From Phormidesmis sp. (GTDB lineage Bacteria; Cyanobacteriota; Cyanobacteriia; Leptolyngbyales; Leptolyngbyaceae): 64,000 nt of DNA. The notes below the pieces were generated by a model, which was not told the origin of the DNA, did no database searches, and saw nothing but the letters and a program-made list of their open reading frames with translations. Location of the stretch: assembly GCA_965248535.1 (NCBI GenBank), contig CBDFJR010000002.1, positions 768,001 through 832,000 on the forward strand, written 5' to 3'. The translations under genes were made by a program, and so were the position numbers. Shown one piece after another: positions 1-11,013 of this stretch. Numbering within the stretch: the stretch's first letter is position 1; each line of letters begins with the position of its first letter.

Positions 1-3000
1 TTCTTGCTGGCTGACTCTCGCAATACGATCTCTTCCATAGGCGGCACTTTGGCGGCGGGTGGTGTGGTCGGCATTGGGGGCACGGCTGTTGTCAACAAAA
101 CAGACAACGTTACTAAAGCCTTCATCAGTGGCAACTCCAATGTGACGGCTAAGGGCAACGGAGCAGCGGCAGCGATTAAGACTTGGCTAGACAATCCAGA
201 CGGCACTGAATCTACAGAAACAATTCAAGGTTTGGCGGTGATTGCCAACACTACCGAAACGATTAATGCAACGGCTGCAACTGCGGGTGTCGCTCCGCCC
301 ACGGGAGTGGGAACCGTCGGCATTGGTGCCAATGTGGTCGTTAATTTGGTGAATGACACGACTGAAGCCACGATCGATAATTCCAACATCAACAGCGCGA
401 TCGAGCTAGGCAAATTTGTCAAAGTCAAGGCCCATCAAGATACCAACATTGTTAACGCGGGTGGAGTGTTGGCAGTGGGTGATGTGGGTGTGGGGGCTGA
501 TGTTCACACCGATGTGGTCACCAACAAAACCAGAGCTTACATTACTGACACAGTGCCTGGTAGCGATGCGACTACCCGCACGGCTGTCTATGGGGCTAGC
601 GGAGTCGAGGTGAACGCTTTAACGCGAGAAAAAGTGCAAGCGATCGCGGTGGGCGCAGGCATCGGCACTTATGTAGGAGCGGCGGGGGCTGGCTCTGGGG
701 TCAAGTTTGGCTCCACGACCGAGGCGTTTGTGAAAGAGTCGGCGATTACCACGGGTGGGGATCTAAAAGTCTTAGCCAACAATCGGGTCGGTCTAGACTT
801 CTTTGTGGGGGCATTAGGCGGCAGCCTCGCCGTAGGGGCAGGTGGCTCCGTTGCTGTGGGTCTACTCAATAACACGACCAAAGCCTATCTAGAAGGTGCA
901 GTGACCACGGCTGGCGGCTCTACTCAAGTTAAAGCCGATTCGGTTGAGAAAGTCACTACTCTGGTGGCGACAGCCGGGATAGGCGGCATTGTTGGAGTTG
1001 CAGGGGCTGTGGCTGTGGTTTCGACAGGTTCGACCACAACTGCTTACATTGGGTCAGCCTTTAAGGACGATAACAAACAAGTCTTCTCTCGCAACTCGAT
1101 CGTCGCGACAACCAGTGGCGATGTGCTTGTCCAAGCAAACAACACGACCAACATCAGCGATGGAGTCGGCAATGCCTCTATTGGAGGGGGTGTTGGCGTT
1201 AGCGCTTCGGTTGACGTGATCACCGTGAAGAACACCGTCGATGCTCATATTGGGGCAGGTTCACAGGTGACGGCAGGCGGCAGCGTTAAAGTGGAAGCGA
1301 TCGCCAATAGACAGATTGATTCCACCGTCGTCGCGTTTGGGCTGGGCGGCGGCGCGGCCATTACAGGAGCCGTCTCTGTGATCAATGTGGGTACGGGTCT
1401 TAGTAGTCAAGCTTCTTCCCAGGTTAGCGGTCTACAGTCTGCCTTAAATGGGGTGACTTCACCCAACGGCGGCATCAATGGTCTGAACACAAATTCGGGT
1501 GATACCACAGCCGCCAAACTCAAGGGGTCGGTTAACGATCCTAAGAGCAATGTTTACTTTACGGTCAGCACAGCAGCCGATCCCGTGACCACCAATACGA
1601 CTGCCTTTATCGGCAATGGCGCTAGCGTTACTGCCAATGGCGGCGTAACGGTTCGGGCTGATGAAACCCTCACCGTCAGCGATAAAGATGGTGGACTCGG
1701 ACAACTAGTAGGCGGGGTCTCGATCGGGTTTTTTGGTGCCAGCGCAGGCGGGTCAGTCGGCATTGTGAATGTTGGAACAACCAGTCAGGCTTACATCGAT
1801 ACGAATGCAACGGTTTCGGCAGGGGGCGACATTGCGGTTAACGCTAAGTTTACGAGTGACCTTCAAAGCCGAGCCTACGGAGGTTCAGCGTCTTTGGGTG
1901 TGGGGTTGGGTGCCCAAGTTGCGCTCATTACCGATAACAGTACACAACTGGCTTATACCGCCAACGGCAGCAGTCTTGGCAACGGCACCAAGATTCTCAA
2001 AGCGAAGACGCTAACCATCAGCGCTGACACCACTCGAACTCTGGCAACCGAGGCTAAAGGTGCTTCTATTGCGGGAGGACTGGCGGTAGGGGCTGCGATC
2101 GCGCGCTCCACGATCGGCGGTTCGACCCAGGCGTTCTTAGGAGACTATACGCAGGTTGGTTCAGGAACGCGATCGGTCAATGCAGTTTCTCTTTCTGCTA
2201 CGGCTACCAAAACAGCCCAAGCCAACGCGCTGGCAGTAGCAGGAGCACTGCTAGGCAGCGGGGTTGCTGCCCAGGGAGATGCCTTAATTGGCACAACGAC
2301 CTCGGCTTCTACAGGCATCGGGTCACAAATCTCTACAGCCGGGGATGTGAGTTTATCGGCTCAGTCTACTAACAATGCTAATGCTCAAATTAACGGACTG
2401 GCAGGCGCGATCGTTGCCGCAGGATTGCTGAATGCCAATGCGATCGTTACTCCTGCCACCACAACTGCATCAACAGGAACACAATCCACAGTGGATGCGG
2501 GGGGCAATGTTAAGTTAAACAGCAGCGCTAACAACACCTTGTTTACTCAAGCTAGAGGCGGCGCAGGAGGATTGTTAACCGTGAGCGGACAAACAGCCAC
2601 CTCTCGTCTAGAACCCGCCAAAACGCAATCTGTGATTGGCGCAGGGGGCAACGTGATTGCTCAGGGCACCCTAGAAATTAAATCGAATAGCAGTGCTGAT
2701 GTGCAATCTGACACAAGCATTCAGTCGATCGCGGGAGTGGCTATTAACCAGGTGAAATCGGTTGCTAAAATCAGTTCTGCTACCGAAGCCAGAATTGATA
2801 GTGGGGCAACAGTTCAGGCGAATAAGCTGGATCTTAAAGCCAGCGACGATCGCATCTTTGCCAGTGCCCACAGCAGTTCTGAACTCACCTTTGGCGGCGG
2901 AACCAATTCTGATGCTGAGTCGGTGGCCGATGTGAATGCTAGGGCCTTTGCTTTCCTGGGTGCCAATGCCAAAGTCACCGCACCGGAGTTAATCAGCATT

Positions 3001-6000
3001 GTTACCTTCCAGAACAGTGTCAAAACGGATGCAACCGCAAAAACGGCGGCTACGGCAGTGCAGGCGGCGCTGAAGTCAACGGCTAACAACAACTTGATTT
3101 CTAATGCCGATGTTGTCACCGAAAAGGGATCAACGTTAGAAACCAAGTCTCTGTTTGTGCAGGCTATTGCACCCCAATTTATTCCCGATGGCTATATCAA
3201 GAATGCAGAAACTAGAGCCACTACAGTAACTGAACTGATTACTCAAATAGTGGGTGAAACCTGTAGCGTCGTGGTCACAGTCCTTACCTTGGGATTTGTA
3301 GATGGGGATGAGGTCTGCGAACCTGTTTATGAGACAGTCCGAAAAATTTTATCTAGCCCTGTAGATTCAATCTTTTTGGGCGACAAGAAGATTGCTAACT
3401 CAGTCACCTTTAATTCAGATGTCAAAATTATTGGCGGCGGCACTCGCACCCTGACCATTGATAATCAAGGCAATGTTACCAAAGCAGATGGCGTTACGTT
3501 TACTAATAATCCTGACGAGGTGATTGTCAACGACATTCTCAATCAGGGGGTTGGAAATATTAATATTCAATCGCCCTCAGGAATCGTTACCGGACAATCT
3601 ACCTTCACGATTAACAATGCGCTTGATAGCGTTAATATCATCAATGATTCTAACAAGCGCCTAACGCTGAATAACATTGAGGTTATCAACAAAAATCAGA
3701 CGACTCCTCCAGTAGTTATTAACGCAGCAACTAATACTTTTAAGTACAAGATTGTAATGAATGCGAATGACTCGATCGTCAATGTCAGAAACAACAATCC
3801 TGCGAATGCAGATATCACCCTAAGAGGACATATTGAGAACACGCTAGGGGTCACGAAGATCTACAACAAAGGCGGTAATGTTAGTTCTTTTGGCACTCTA
3901 GCTTACCTGGAAACCAGAGAACTCGAACTGAGGGCAGATACTGGCTCTGTGGGTTCGCTAAACAATCGCATTGTCACGCGCTTGCTGGTCACGGGCAACG
4001 ATCGTAAAACTCGTATCAGCGACTTGTTTGGCAATCAAGGTGTGTTTCTCGATCTCACTGCCTTTACTCGCAGCAATGCGCCTCTGGCGGTGGAACTCAG
4101 TCAAATTGGCTCAGGCAGCGATGTTGACCTGAAGATCAATGACAGCTTGACCACCAAGATTCTGCCTGTGTCTGCGGTCACATTAAACGATGGCAGAGTG
4201 GTGTTTGGGCTGATCGAAAAACTCACCAATGTTGGGTTCGATTTGCGAGATGGCAACACGGTGACGACGATTAATCGATCGGACGTTCAGAAATTTGAGA
4301 TTCAAAATCGAATTACCAATGTCCAGTCAGACAGCGCTTACACCTTTAAGTCTGCTACGGCTGCGGGCAACATCAACATCAACGCCGGAACGGGAGGCGT
4401 GGTCAAAACTAACCTGGTTTTTGCAGGTAAGACGACGAGTTCAGCCAAAGATGTGACGATCGCGACTCTCGCGGGCAACCTGATTAGCGGCACATCCGAT
4501 CAGTTGATTGCAGGACGCACCATCAATCTGACGGCAACGAATGGCACGATCGGGGCAAGCGACAATGACCTCAAAATAGATTCGTCCAATTCGGCTCTGG
4601 GCTTCTTAAATGCTCTCGCCAGTCAAGATATTTTTGTAGCTGAAGCGATCGCAGCCCTGAACGTTAATCAAGTCAAATCCAACTCTGGCAAGATTCGCCT
4701 GACGGTTAAAGATTCTCAGTCCACAGGCGAAGACCTAATCCTAAACGATACTGCCAAGATTACCGCCAGCGCTGGTTCGGTGACGCTGTTGGTGGGTGAC
4801 AATGTGCAAATGGCGCAGGGTGCCACGATCGAGGCAGCGCAGTCTGTCAGCATTCGAGGTGACTACACCAATGCAGATCTGGGTGTGGGCAGCGTGATCG
4901 ATCTGAGAGGCACGATCAAAGGCAGTTCGGCTGAAGTGATTGGGGAAGCAGACAATGATACGGTCATCATTACCAATGTCACAACAGGTACTCCAACTAC
5001 AGTGCAGACTCTGGGCGGTAATGACACCATTTATATTGGTAGCAATGCTACACCCACTGCAAATGTGAATGGTAACGTTAACCGGATTAATGCCCTCCTG
5101 CAAATTGACGGCGGTGCTGGCAATGACCAACTCAAGGTTGATGATTCAGGAGATGCTCAAGACAATACGGGCATCTTGACGAGCAATAAACTCATTGGTC
5201 TGGGCATGGGCAGTCCCAATCAAACGGATGTGAATTCAAGTTTGGGCATCGGCTACAGCAATTTAGAAACTCTGGATGTTGAGTTGGGATCTGGAAACGA
5301 CACCTTCACGATCGCCAGCACCCACACCGCAGCCACGATTGTCAACACAGCAGCCGGACGAGACACCGTAACTGTGCAAACGATCGCCGGAGCTACGTTA
5401 GTCAACACGGGCAGCGAGAACGACACGATTAATGTGGGCGGCATCGGTCAAACCGTCAATGGCATCTCGGCACTGCTGACCCTCCAAGGTGGAGCGGGCA
5501 GCGACATCATTAATGTGAACGACACCGGAGACACCCAAGCCAACACAGGGGTGTTAACCAATCGCCGTATTACAGGATTGGGCATGGGCAGCCCTGACCA
5601 AAAAGTTGTCAACGCTAGCTCAGGCATTGATTACGACGGTGCAGAAGTCTTGAACATTTCCCTGGGTTCGGCGGGCGACACGTTTACCGTGCAGAGCACT
5701 CACAGCGGCGCAACCACACTGAACAGCAATGCTGGATCAGACACGATCGCGGTGCAGTCAATTTCTGGGGCAACCACGGTCAATGCTGGGGCAGATGCCG
5801 ATAGCGTTACGGTTTCGATCACGACTCCTTCTCAAGGAACGCTAGTCGTAAATGGCGGCACAGGGGACGATACTCTCAATGCTTCGGCAGCCACCCTAGG
5901 AGTTGTGCTGAATGGGGATGACGGCAATGATAGAATTTCCGGCGGGTCAGGCAACGACCTGATCGGGGGCGGCACAGGCGACGATTTTATAGACGGCAAA

Positions 6001-9000
6001 GCTGGCAACGACGAAATCTATGGAGATTCGACCTTCCCATCGGAGGCAATCAACCCTGCCTATAGCGGCTTTACCTTCTCAGGTGACATTCTCACTGCCC
6101 CAGCCGGGTCTCGACCCAAAGCCACGCAGCAAGTTCTGCAAGGCAACGACACGATCGCGGGCGGCGCGGGTCGAGATGTTGTTTACGGCGAAGGTGGCAA
6201 CGACAACATTGTGGGCGGCAGCTTTACAGCCGGGGTGGCTGACGGCACTGACTTTATCTTTGGGGGAGCCGGAGACGATGTAATCGCGGGAGATAATGCC
6301 AGCATCGATCCGGTGAGTCGCACGATCGTTAATCTTGACACCACAAACGGGGGCGACGACTATATCTTTGGCGACACCGGAACGTTGACGTTCTCAGCCA
6401 CGGGTGAGGTGATTCGGGCTGCCAACAGTTCTGCGGTGGGGGATGGAAACGACACGATCGCGGGCGGCATTGGGAATGATGCGCTGTTTGGTGGCTCTGG
6501 CAATGACACCCTTTCTGGAAACCTGGGTAACGATACTATCCTCGGTGACAACGGGTTCATGACCTTTGCAGCCGGAAACCTGATTCACATTGAGACGACT
6601 GAGCCAGGGGTCGGGGGCAATGACACGATCGCAGGTGATGAAGGCAATGACTTGATTTTGGGTGGCTTTGGCAATGACAGCATTTCTGGTAATGCTGGGG
6701 ATGACATTGTGTTAGGCGATAACGGTTTGATTAACAATGTCATTAGCGGCAATAGTGTCGCGCTGGATGTAATTGTTACCACTAATCCCGCGATCGGGGG
6801 TGACGATACGATTTCAGGGGGCGCAGGCAATGACATTGTTCTAGGGGGCGCAGGCAATGACACGATCGCGGGCGGCTTGGGCGATGATGTGTTGATCGGG
6901 GATGGTGGACGCATCACGTTTACAGGCGGCAAGGTCAAACTGATTGAGACGATCGATCCGGGGATTGGGGGCGACGACACGATCGACGGCAATCAAAACA
7001 ACGATGTGATTTTAGGCGGCTTTGGTAATGACTTGTTGAATGGCGGAGAAGGCGACGATAAAATCTTGGGAGACAACGGTAAACTTGACTATGGGTTTGC
7101 AGGGGACAACACAGTTGGAGTCGCTAGCGATAATGATTTATCAACCCTAGACTTCATCACCACGACGAATCCTACGTTAGGCGGAAATGATGAGATCTTT
7201 GGTGGGTTGGGGAATGACCAGATTCTAGGCGGAACCGGGGCTGACACGATCTACGGAGATAACGGTCTGCAAGAGCTTGATGCCAATTGGAGTGTTGCCG
7301 GAAAAGGTGATTTCAACGGCGACGGCAAAACCGATATTTTCTGGCGCAACTCGGCGGATGGCAGCCTCCTTCTATGGCTGATGGATGGCGTGACCGTGCT
7401 AAAAAGTGCGCTGCTGCCCTATACGATCGGGGCAGACTGGACAGCCCAGTTGGGTGATTTGAACGGCGATGGCAAAACCGATTTGTTCTGGCGCAACACG
7501 AGTGGAGCGACGGCGGTTTGGCTCTTTAACGGCACCAAATTACTAGATTCAGCCATACTGCCGTTCAATGTCGGGGCAGACTGGACAGCCCAGTTGGGTG
7601 ATTTGAACGGCGATGGCAAAACCGATTTGTTCTGGCGCAACACGAGTGGAGCGACAGCGGTTTGGCTCTTTAACGGCACCAAATTACTAGATTCAGCCAT
7701 ACTGCCGTTCAATGTCGGCGCGGACTGGACAGCCCAGTTGGGTGATTTGAATGGCGATGGCAAAACCGATTTGTTCTGGCGCAACACGAGTGGAGCGACG
7801 GCGGTCTGGCTCTTTAACGGCACCAAATTACTGGACTCGGCCCTGCTGCCGTTCAATGTCGGCACGGACTGGACAGCCCAGTTGGGTGATTTGAATGGCG
7901 ATGGCAAAACCGATTTGTTCTGGCGCAACACGAGTGGAGCGACGGCGGTCTGGCTCTTTAACGGCACCAAATTACTGGACTCGGCCCTGCTGCCGTTCAA
8001 TGTCGGCACGGACTGGACAGCCCAGTTGGGTGATTTGAATGGCGATGGCAAAACCGATTTGTTCTGGCGCAACACGAGTGGAGCGACGGCGGTCTGGCTC
8101 TTTAACGGCACCAAATTACTGGACTCGGCCCTGCTGCCGTTCAATGTCGGCACGGACTGGACAGCCCAGTTGGGTGATTTGAATGGCGATGGCAAAACCG
8201 ATTTGTTCTGGCATCGTCGATCGGGCGAGTCAGCCGCCTGGTTACTAGATGGCAAGACGATAGTCCAAGCCGATTCTGTGCCCGGCAGTCGTGATTTGAC
8301 CAGTCCAGCCAATGACCTGATCTTGGGCGATCACGGCAAAATTTACGAAGCCCTGCCCAGCGATCGTAACTACTTCTCGATCGACACTGCCGCAACCGAT
8401 GGCGGCGGCAACGATATCATCTACGGCGATCAGGGTGACGACATCATTCTGGGACAACAGGGCGACGATCGCATCTACGGCGGCGCTGGTGAAGATGACA
8501 TCATCGGCGGTCACAACGTGATTGGAGGCGCTGACGGAAATGACTTTATAGACGGCGGCGATCAGGCAGACGTGATTCTCGGTGATAACGGATTGATCAC
8601 CCGTCGAGCGGCGGCAACTGGCGGCTGGCAGCACTACGCGGCTCCCTTTGGCGACACGATTCGCGATGTTGTGCGCTTTGACGATATTGACGGCATCGGC
8701 GGCAACGATACGCTTTTGGGCGGCGCAGGCGACGACATTCTGCACGGACAGCGGGGTAATGACACGATCGACGGCGGCGCTGGCGACGACGAACTCTATG
8801 GAGAACTCGGCAACGACACCCTGCGCGGCGGCGACGGACAAGACACCCTGCTCGGAGATGTGGGCATCGTCACTCGTGAGTTAAACCCCAATGGCAGCCC
8901 ACGACTGAATCAAAATGGCTCCTGGCATCGCAATGTCTTGTTGACCGATGTCGGACGGCTCACAGGCACCCTCAACAGCACCACGCCTCAAGCCGGGTTC

Positions 9001-10959
9001 CAGACTCCCGATCTGCTGCTGATCACCGGAGCCTATAACCCCGACGGCAGCAAAGTCACTACCGCTAACGGCTGGAACACGCCAACCTATCAGGTGACCC
9101 TGTTTGCTGACGGCAATGACACCCTCGATGGCGGCGCGGGTGATGATGCGCTGTTTGGTCAACGCGGCAATGACACCCTTCAAGGCGGCAGCGGCAATGA
9201 CTATCTCGAAGGCAACACGGGCAACGATCGCATTGATGGCGGCACAGGCGACGACTGGATCGTGGGCGACGATAGTCATAATCCAGTTCCCTTTAATACT
9301 GAATCGCCGATCGTCACGCGGGGCATTCACCTGATTCAGCAAGACCCCAGCCTCAATCTCAATCTAGGGACGTATGGCACGATCGTGATTCCCAGTTTGA
9401 CGATCGCGCCTCAAATCGTCTCTGATCTGTTGCCCTCGCTAACGCTGACGCAGACCCTCAATGCCAATACTTTACCGATCGTGCCCCTAGTCGGATCGCT
9501 GCGCGGTCGCGATGGCACCGAGTTTAGACCGTTTGCCTCGGTGATTCCTGATATTGTCAATCATTTATCTCTGCTGGCAGGCAATGACCAAATTGATGGC
9601 GGCGCAGGTCAAGACACGATTATTGGCGATAACTACATCAGCGCGGTGCCGCTGCGATCGGGCATTGCCTCTCTTGATCAATCCCTCGACTCCCTAACGC
9701 TCTCGCTCAATCAGCTAAATTATGATCTCCACGATCTAGAGCTTGCCCAAGCCAGCCGCAGCGGAGCCGCACCGCAAGAACTGACGATCGGCAGTGACAC
9801 GATCAACGGCGGTGATGATAACGACTTGATCATGGGCGACAACGGACAGTTTTTAGGCCCATTAACGGTTAAATCTCCTGCTAATGCGGCGGCGGTGAAT
9901 GCGAACTTGATAGATTTGCAGCAGATTATTAGCAACTTTAGCACCACTGTAAATAACGCGCTTGCGCCATTTATTGCAACGGGAGCAGGTGCCCAGCCTT
10001 ACACCCTAGCGATCGGGAACGACACAATTAACGGCAACGGCGGCGACGACAAAATTTTAGCCGACGATGTGCTGATCTTAAATCCTGTGCTGAAGACGCT
10101 GAACTATGAGCGCGGTAGCTTCTGGAACTACAATTTTGCTCAAACTCCCACCAAAGCAGGTCGCACCAACTTCCGCAACTTTGATTTAAAACTGGGGAAC
10201 GATGTTGTTAACGGAGGAGATGGTAACGATACGATCGTCGGTGACTATAGTAATCTGATTATGCCGATCGTGGCTCAGTCGCCTCAAACTTCTAGCGATC
10301 GCACTCAACTGCAACGCAGCTTAAACCTGCTTTCTGAAGACGCTAAGACCTTTCTGCGCGATCTCTATAATGCTCGCTATGGCATTGACTACAGCAAAGA
10401 TAATCAGTCCAACACGCTGATCGCAGGCAATGACACTCTCAACGGCGACGCGGGGGCAGACTTGATATCAGGCGACAACAGCACCTTTATGTTGCCGATC
10501 GTCAATCGTCAAATCGACACCAGTTTTGACCTGACTAAGGGTTATCTCGACAACAGCAACGACTCATATAACTTCTTTCACGCCTTGCCTCATCAAGCCG
10601 ATGTGATCTACCGCAAACCCGAACTCGGCTTAACGCGCCTAGCCGAAGACACGATCACGGGCGGAGAGAGCAACGACATTCTCTTTGGCAGTCGCAGCAG
10701 CGATCAACTGTCAGGTGGCGGCGGCGACGATTTCTTGTTTGGCGGCGGCGATGCAGACACCCTCGACGGCGGCACGGGCACAAACACGGTGCGCCGCAGC
10801 ACCAATCCTAGCCCGGCTGATTTGAGAGCGATCGAGGCTCCGATTCGGGCGGCGGTCAATCTGCTGACTCCTGGCTTGCAGCGCTATCTGGTGGAGATTG
10901 ACCAGGTGCGAGACACGCTTTCTCTAGACGGCCAACTCGATATTCGTTTTTCAGAATAA
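1..10959 (+). CDS. Giant secreted adhesin-like protein, 5'-truncated by the window edge: N-terminal Gly/Ala/Val/Ser beta-helix repeats, then many RTX (hemolysin-type Ca-binding) repeats with an inserted FG-GAP/VCBS cassette
   Basis: Open frame of 3651 aa from the window start to TAA at 10957-10959. Repeats like 'GGSVAVxxxxxTTxAYI' in the first ~1000 aa, dozens of GGxGNDxIxG nonapeptides, and seven DxNGDGKTD motifs. Confidence 0.9.
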   Translation, partial: FLLADSRNTISSIGGTLAAGGVVGIGGTAVVNKTDNVTKAFISGNSNVTAKGNGAAAAIKTWLDNPDGTESTETIQGLAVIANTTETINATAATAGVAPPTGVGTVGIGANVVVNLVNDTTEATIDNSNINSAIELGKFVKVKAHQDTNIVNAGGVLAVGDVGVGADVHTDVVTNKTRAYITDTVPGSDATTRTAVYGASGVEVNALTREKVQAIAVGAGIGTYVGAAGAGSGVKFGSTTEAFVKESAITTGGDLKVLANNRVGLDFFVGALGGSLAVGAGGSVAVGLLNNTTKAYLEGAVTTAGGSTQVKADSVEKVTTLVATAGIGGIVGVAGAVAVVSTGSTTTAYIGSAFKDDNKQVFSRNSIVATTSGDVLVQANNTTNISDGVGNASIGGGVGVSASVDVITVKNTVDAHIGAGSQVTAGGSVKVEAIANRQIDSTVVAFGLGGGAAITGAVSVINVGTGLSSQASSQVSGLQSALNGVTSPNGGINGLNTNSGDTTAAKLKGSVNDPKSNVYFTVSTAADPVTTNTTAFIGNGASVTANGGVTVRADETLTVSDKDGGLGQLVGGVSIGFFGASAGGSVGIVNVGTTSQAYIDTNATVSAGGDIAVNAKFTSDLQSRAYGGSASLGVGLGAQVALITDNSTQLAYTANGSSLGNGTKILKAKTLTISADTTRTLATEAKGASIAGGLAVGAAIARSTIGGSTQAFLGDYTQVGSGTRSVNAVSLSATATKTAQANALAVAGALLGSGVAAQGDALIGTTTSASTGIGSQISTAGDVSLSAQSTNNANAQINGLAGAIVAAGLLNANAIVTPATTTASTGTQSTVDAGGNVKLNSSANNTLFTQARGGAGGLLTVSGQTATSRLEPAKTQSVIGAGGNVIAQGTLEIKSNSSADVQSDTSIQSIAGVAINQVKSVAKISSATEARIDSGATVQANKLDLKASDDRIFASAHSSSELTFGGGTNSDAESVADVNARAFAFLGANAKVTAPELISIVTFQNSVKTDATAKTAATAVQAALKSTANNNLISNADVVTEKGSTLETKSLFVQAIAPQFIPDGYIKNAETRATTVTELITQIVGETCSVVVTVLTLGFVDGDEVCEPVYETVRKILSSPVDSIFLGDKKIANSVTFNSDVKIIGGGTRTLTIDNQGNVTKADGVTFTNNPDEVIVNDILNQGVGNINIQSPSGIVTGQSTFTINNALDSVNIINDSNKRLTLNNIEVINKNQTTPPVVINAATNTFKYKIVMNANDSIVNVRNNNPANADITLRGHIENTLGVTKIYNKGGNVSSFGTLAYLETRELELRADTGSVGSLNNRIVTRLLVTGNDRKTRISDLFGNQGVFLDLTAFTRSNAPLAVELSQIGSGSDVDLKINDSLTTKILPVSAVTLNDGRVVFGLIEKLTNVGFDLRDGNTVTTINRSDVQKFEIQNRITNVQSDSAYTFKSATAAGNININAGTGGVVKTNLVFAGKTTSSAKDVTIATLAGNLISGTSDQLIAGRTINLTATNGTIGASDNDLKIDSSNSALGFLNALASQDIFVAEAIAALNVNQVKSNSGKIRLTVKDSQSTGEDLILNDTAKITASAGSVTLLVGDNVQMAQGATIEAAQSVSIRGDYTNADLGVGSVIDLRGTIKGSSAEVIGEADNDTVIITNVTTGTPTTVQTLGGNDTIYIGSNATPTANVNGNVNRINALLQIDGGAGNDQLKVDDSGDAQDNTGILTSNKLIGLGMGSPNQTDVNSSLGIGYSNLETLDVELGSGNDTFTIASTHTAATIVNTAAGRDTVTVQTIAGATLVNTGSENDTINVGGIGQTVNGISALLTLQGGAGSDIINVNDTGDTQANTGVLTNRRITGLGMGSPDQKVVNASSGIDYDGAEVLNISLGSAGDTFTVQSTHSGATTLNSNAGSDTIAVQSISGATTVNAGADADSVTVSITTPSQGTLVVNGGTGDDTLNASAATLGVVLNGDDGNDRISGGSGNDLIGGGTGDDFIDGKAGNDEIYGDSTFPSEAINPAYSGFTFSGDILTAPAGSRPKATQQVLQGNDTIAGGAGRDVVYGEGGNDNIVGGSFTAGVADGTDFIFGGAGDDVIAGDNASIDPVSRTIVNLDTTNGGDDYIFGDTGTLTFSATGEVIRAANSSAVGDGNDTIAGGIGNDALFGGSGNDTLSGNLGNDTILGDNGFMTFAAGNLIHIETTEPGVGGNDTIAGDEGNDLILGGFGNDSISGNAGDDIVLGDNGLINNVISGNSVALDVIVTTNPAIGGDDTISGGAGNDIVLGGAGNDTIAGGLGDDVLIGDGGRITFTGGKVKLIETIDPGIGGDDTIDGNQNNDVILGGFGNDLLNGGEGDDKILGDNGKLDYGFAGDNTVGVASDNDLSTLDFITTTNPTLGGNDEIFGGLGNDQILGGTGADTIYGDNGLQELDANWSVAGKGDFNGDGKTDIFWRNSADGSLLLWLMDGVTVLKSALLPYTIGADWTAQLGDLNGDGKTDLFWRNTSGATAVWLFNGTKLLDSAILPFNVGADWTAQLGDLNGDGKTDLFWRNTSGATAVWLFNGTKLLDSAILPFNVGADWTAQLGDLNGDGKTDLFWRNTSGATAVWLFNGTKLLDSALLPFNVGTDWTAQLGDLNGDGKTDLFWRNTSGATAVWLFNGTKLLDSALLPFNVGTDWTAQLGDLNGDGKTDLFWRNTSGATAVWLFNGTKLLDSALLPFNVGTDWTAQLGDLNGDGKTDLFWHRRSGESAAWLLDGKTIVQADSVPGSRDLTSPANDLILGDHGKIYEALPSDRNYFSIDTAATDGGGNDIIYGDQGDDIILGQQGDDRIYGGAGEDDIIGGHNVIGGADGNDFIDGGDQADVILGDNGLITRRAAATGGWQHYAAPFGDTIRDVVRFDDIDGIGGNDTLLGGAGDDILHGQRGNDTIDGGAGDDELYGELGNDTLRGGDGQDTLLGDVGIVTRELNPNGSPRLNQNGSWHRNVLLTDVGRLTGTLNSTTPQAGFQTPDLLLITGAYNPDGSKVTTANGWNTPTYQVTLFADGNDTLDGGAGDDALFGQRGNDTLQGGSGNDYLEGNTGNDRIDGGTGDDWIVGDDSHNPVPFNTESPIVTRGIHLIQQDPSLNLNLGTYGTIVIPSLTIAPQIVSDLLPSLTLTQTLNANTLPIVPLVGSLRGRDGTEFRPFASVIPDIVNHLSLLAGNDQIDGGAGQDTIIGDNYISAVPLRSGIASLDQSLDSLTLSLNQLNYDLHDLELAQASRSGAAPQELTIGSDTINGGDDNDLIMGDNGQFLGPLTVKSPANAAAVNANLIDLQQIISNFSTTVNNALAPFIATGAGAQPYTLAIGNDTINGNGGDDKILADDVLILNPVLKTLNYERGSFWNYNFAQTPTKAGRTNFRNFDLKLGNDVVNGGDGNDTIVGDYSNLIMPIVAQSPQTSSDRTQLQRSLNLLSEDAKTFLRDLYNARYGIDYSKDNQSNTLIAGNDTLNGDAGADLISGDNSTFMLPIVNRQIDTSFDLTKGYLDNSNDSYNFFHALPHQADVIYRKPELGLTRLAEDTITGGESNDILFGSRSSDQLSGGGGDDFLFGGGDADTLDGGTGTNTVRRSTNPSPADLRAIEAPIRAAVNLLTPGLQRYLVEIDQVRDTLSLDGQLDIRFSE
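7431..8212 (+). repeat. 144-bp tandem repeat (5 full copies plus a partial one) encoding 48-aa FG-GAP-like blades
   Basis: The unit start recurs at 7431, 7575, 7719, 7863, 8007 and 8151, and the copies are nearly identical at DNA level. Confidence 0.97.
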
Positions 10960-11013
10960 ACTGATTCCTTGAGTGCTCTATTGTCCCCATCTACTACCTG
11001 TGAGGAGTCTACT

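Noticed and set aside
7431..8212. Diversity-generating retroelement template/variable repeat
   Set aside because: The repeats are tandem and in frame, the differences are not adenine-specific, and no reverse transcriptase is present.
7419..8312. 297-aa repetitive antisense ORF
   Set aside because: It is a shadow of the 144-bp FG-GAP repeat on the coding strand.
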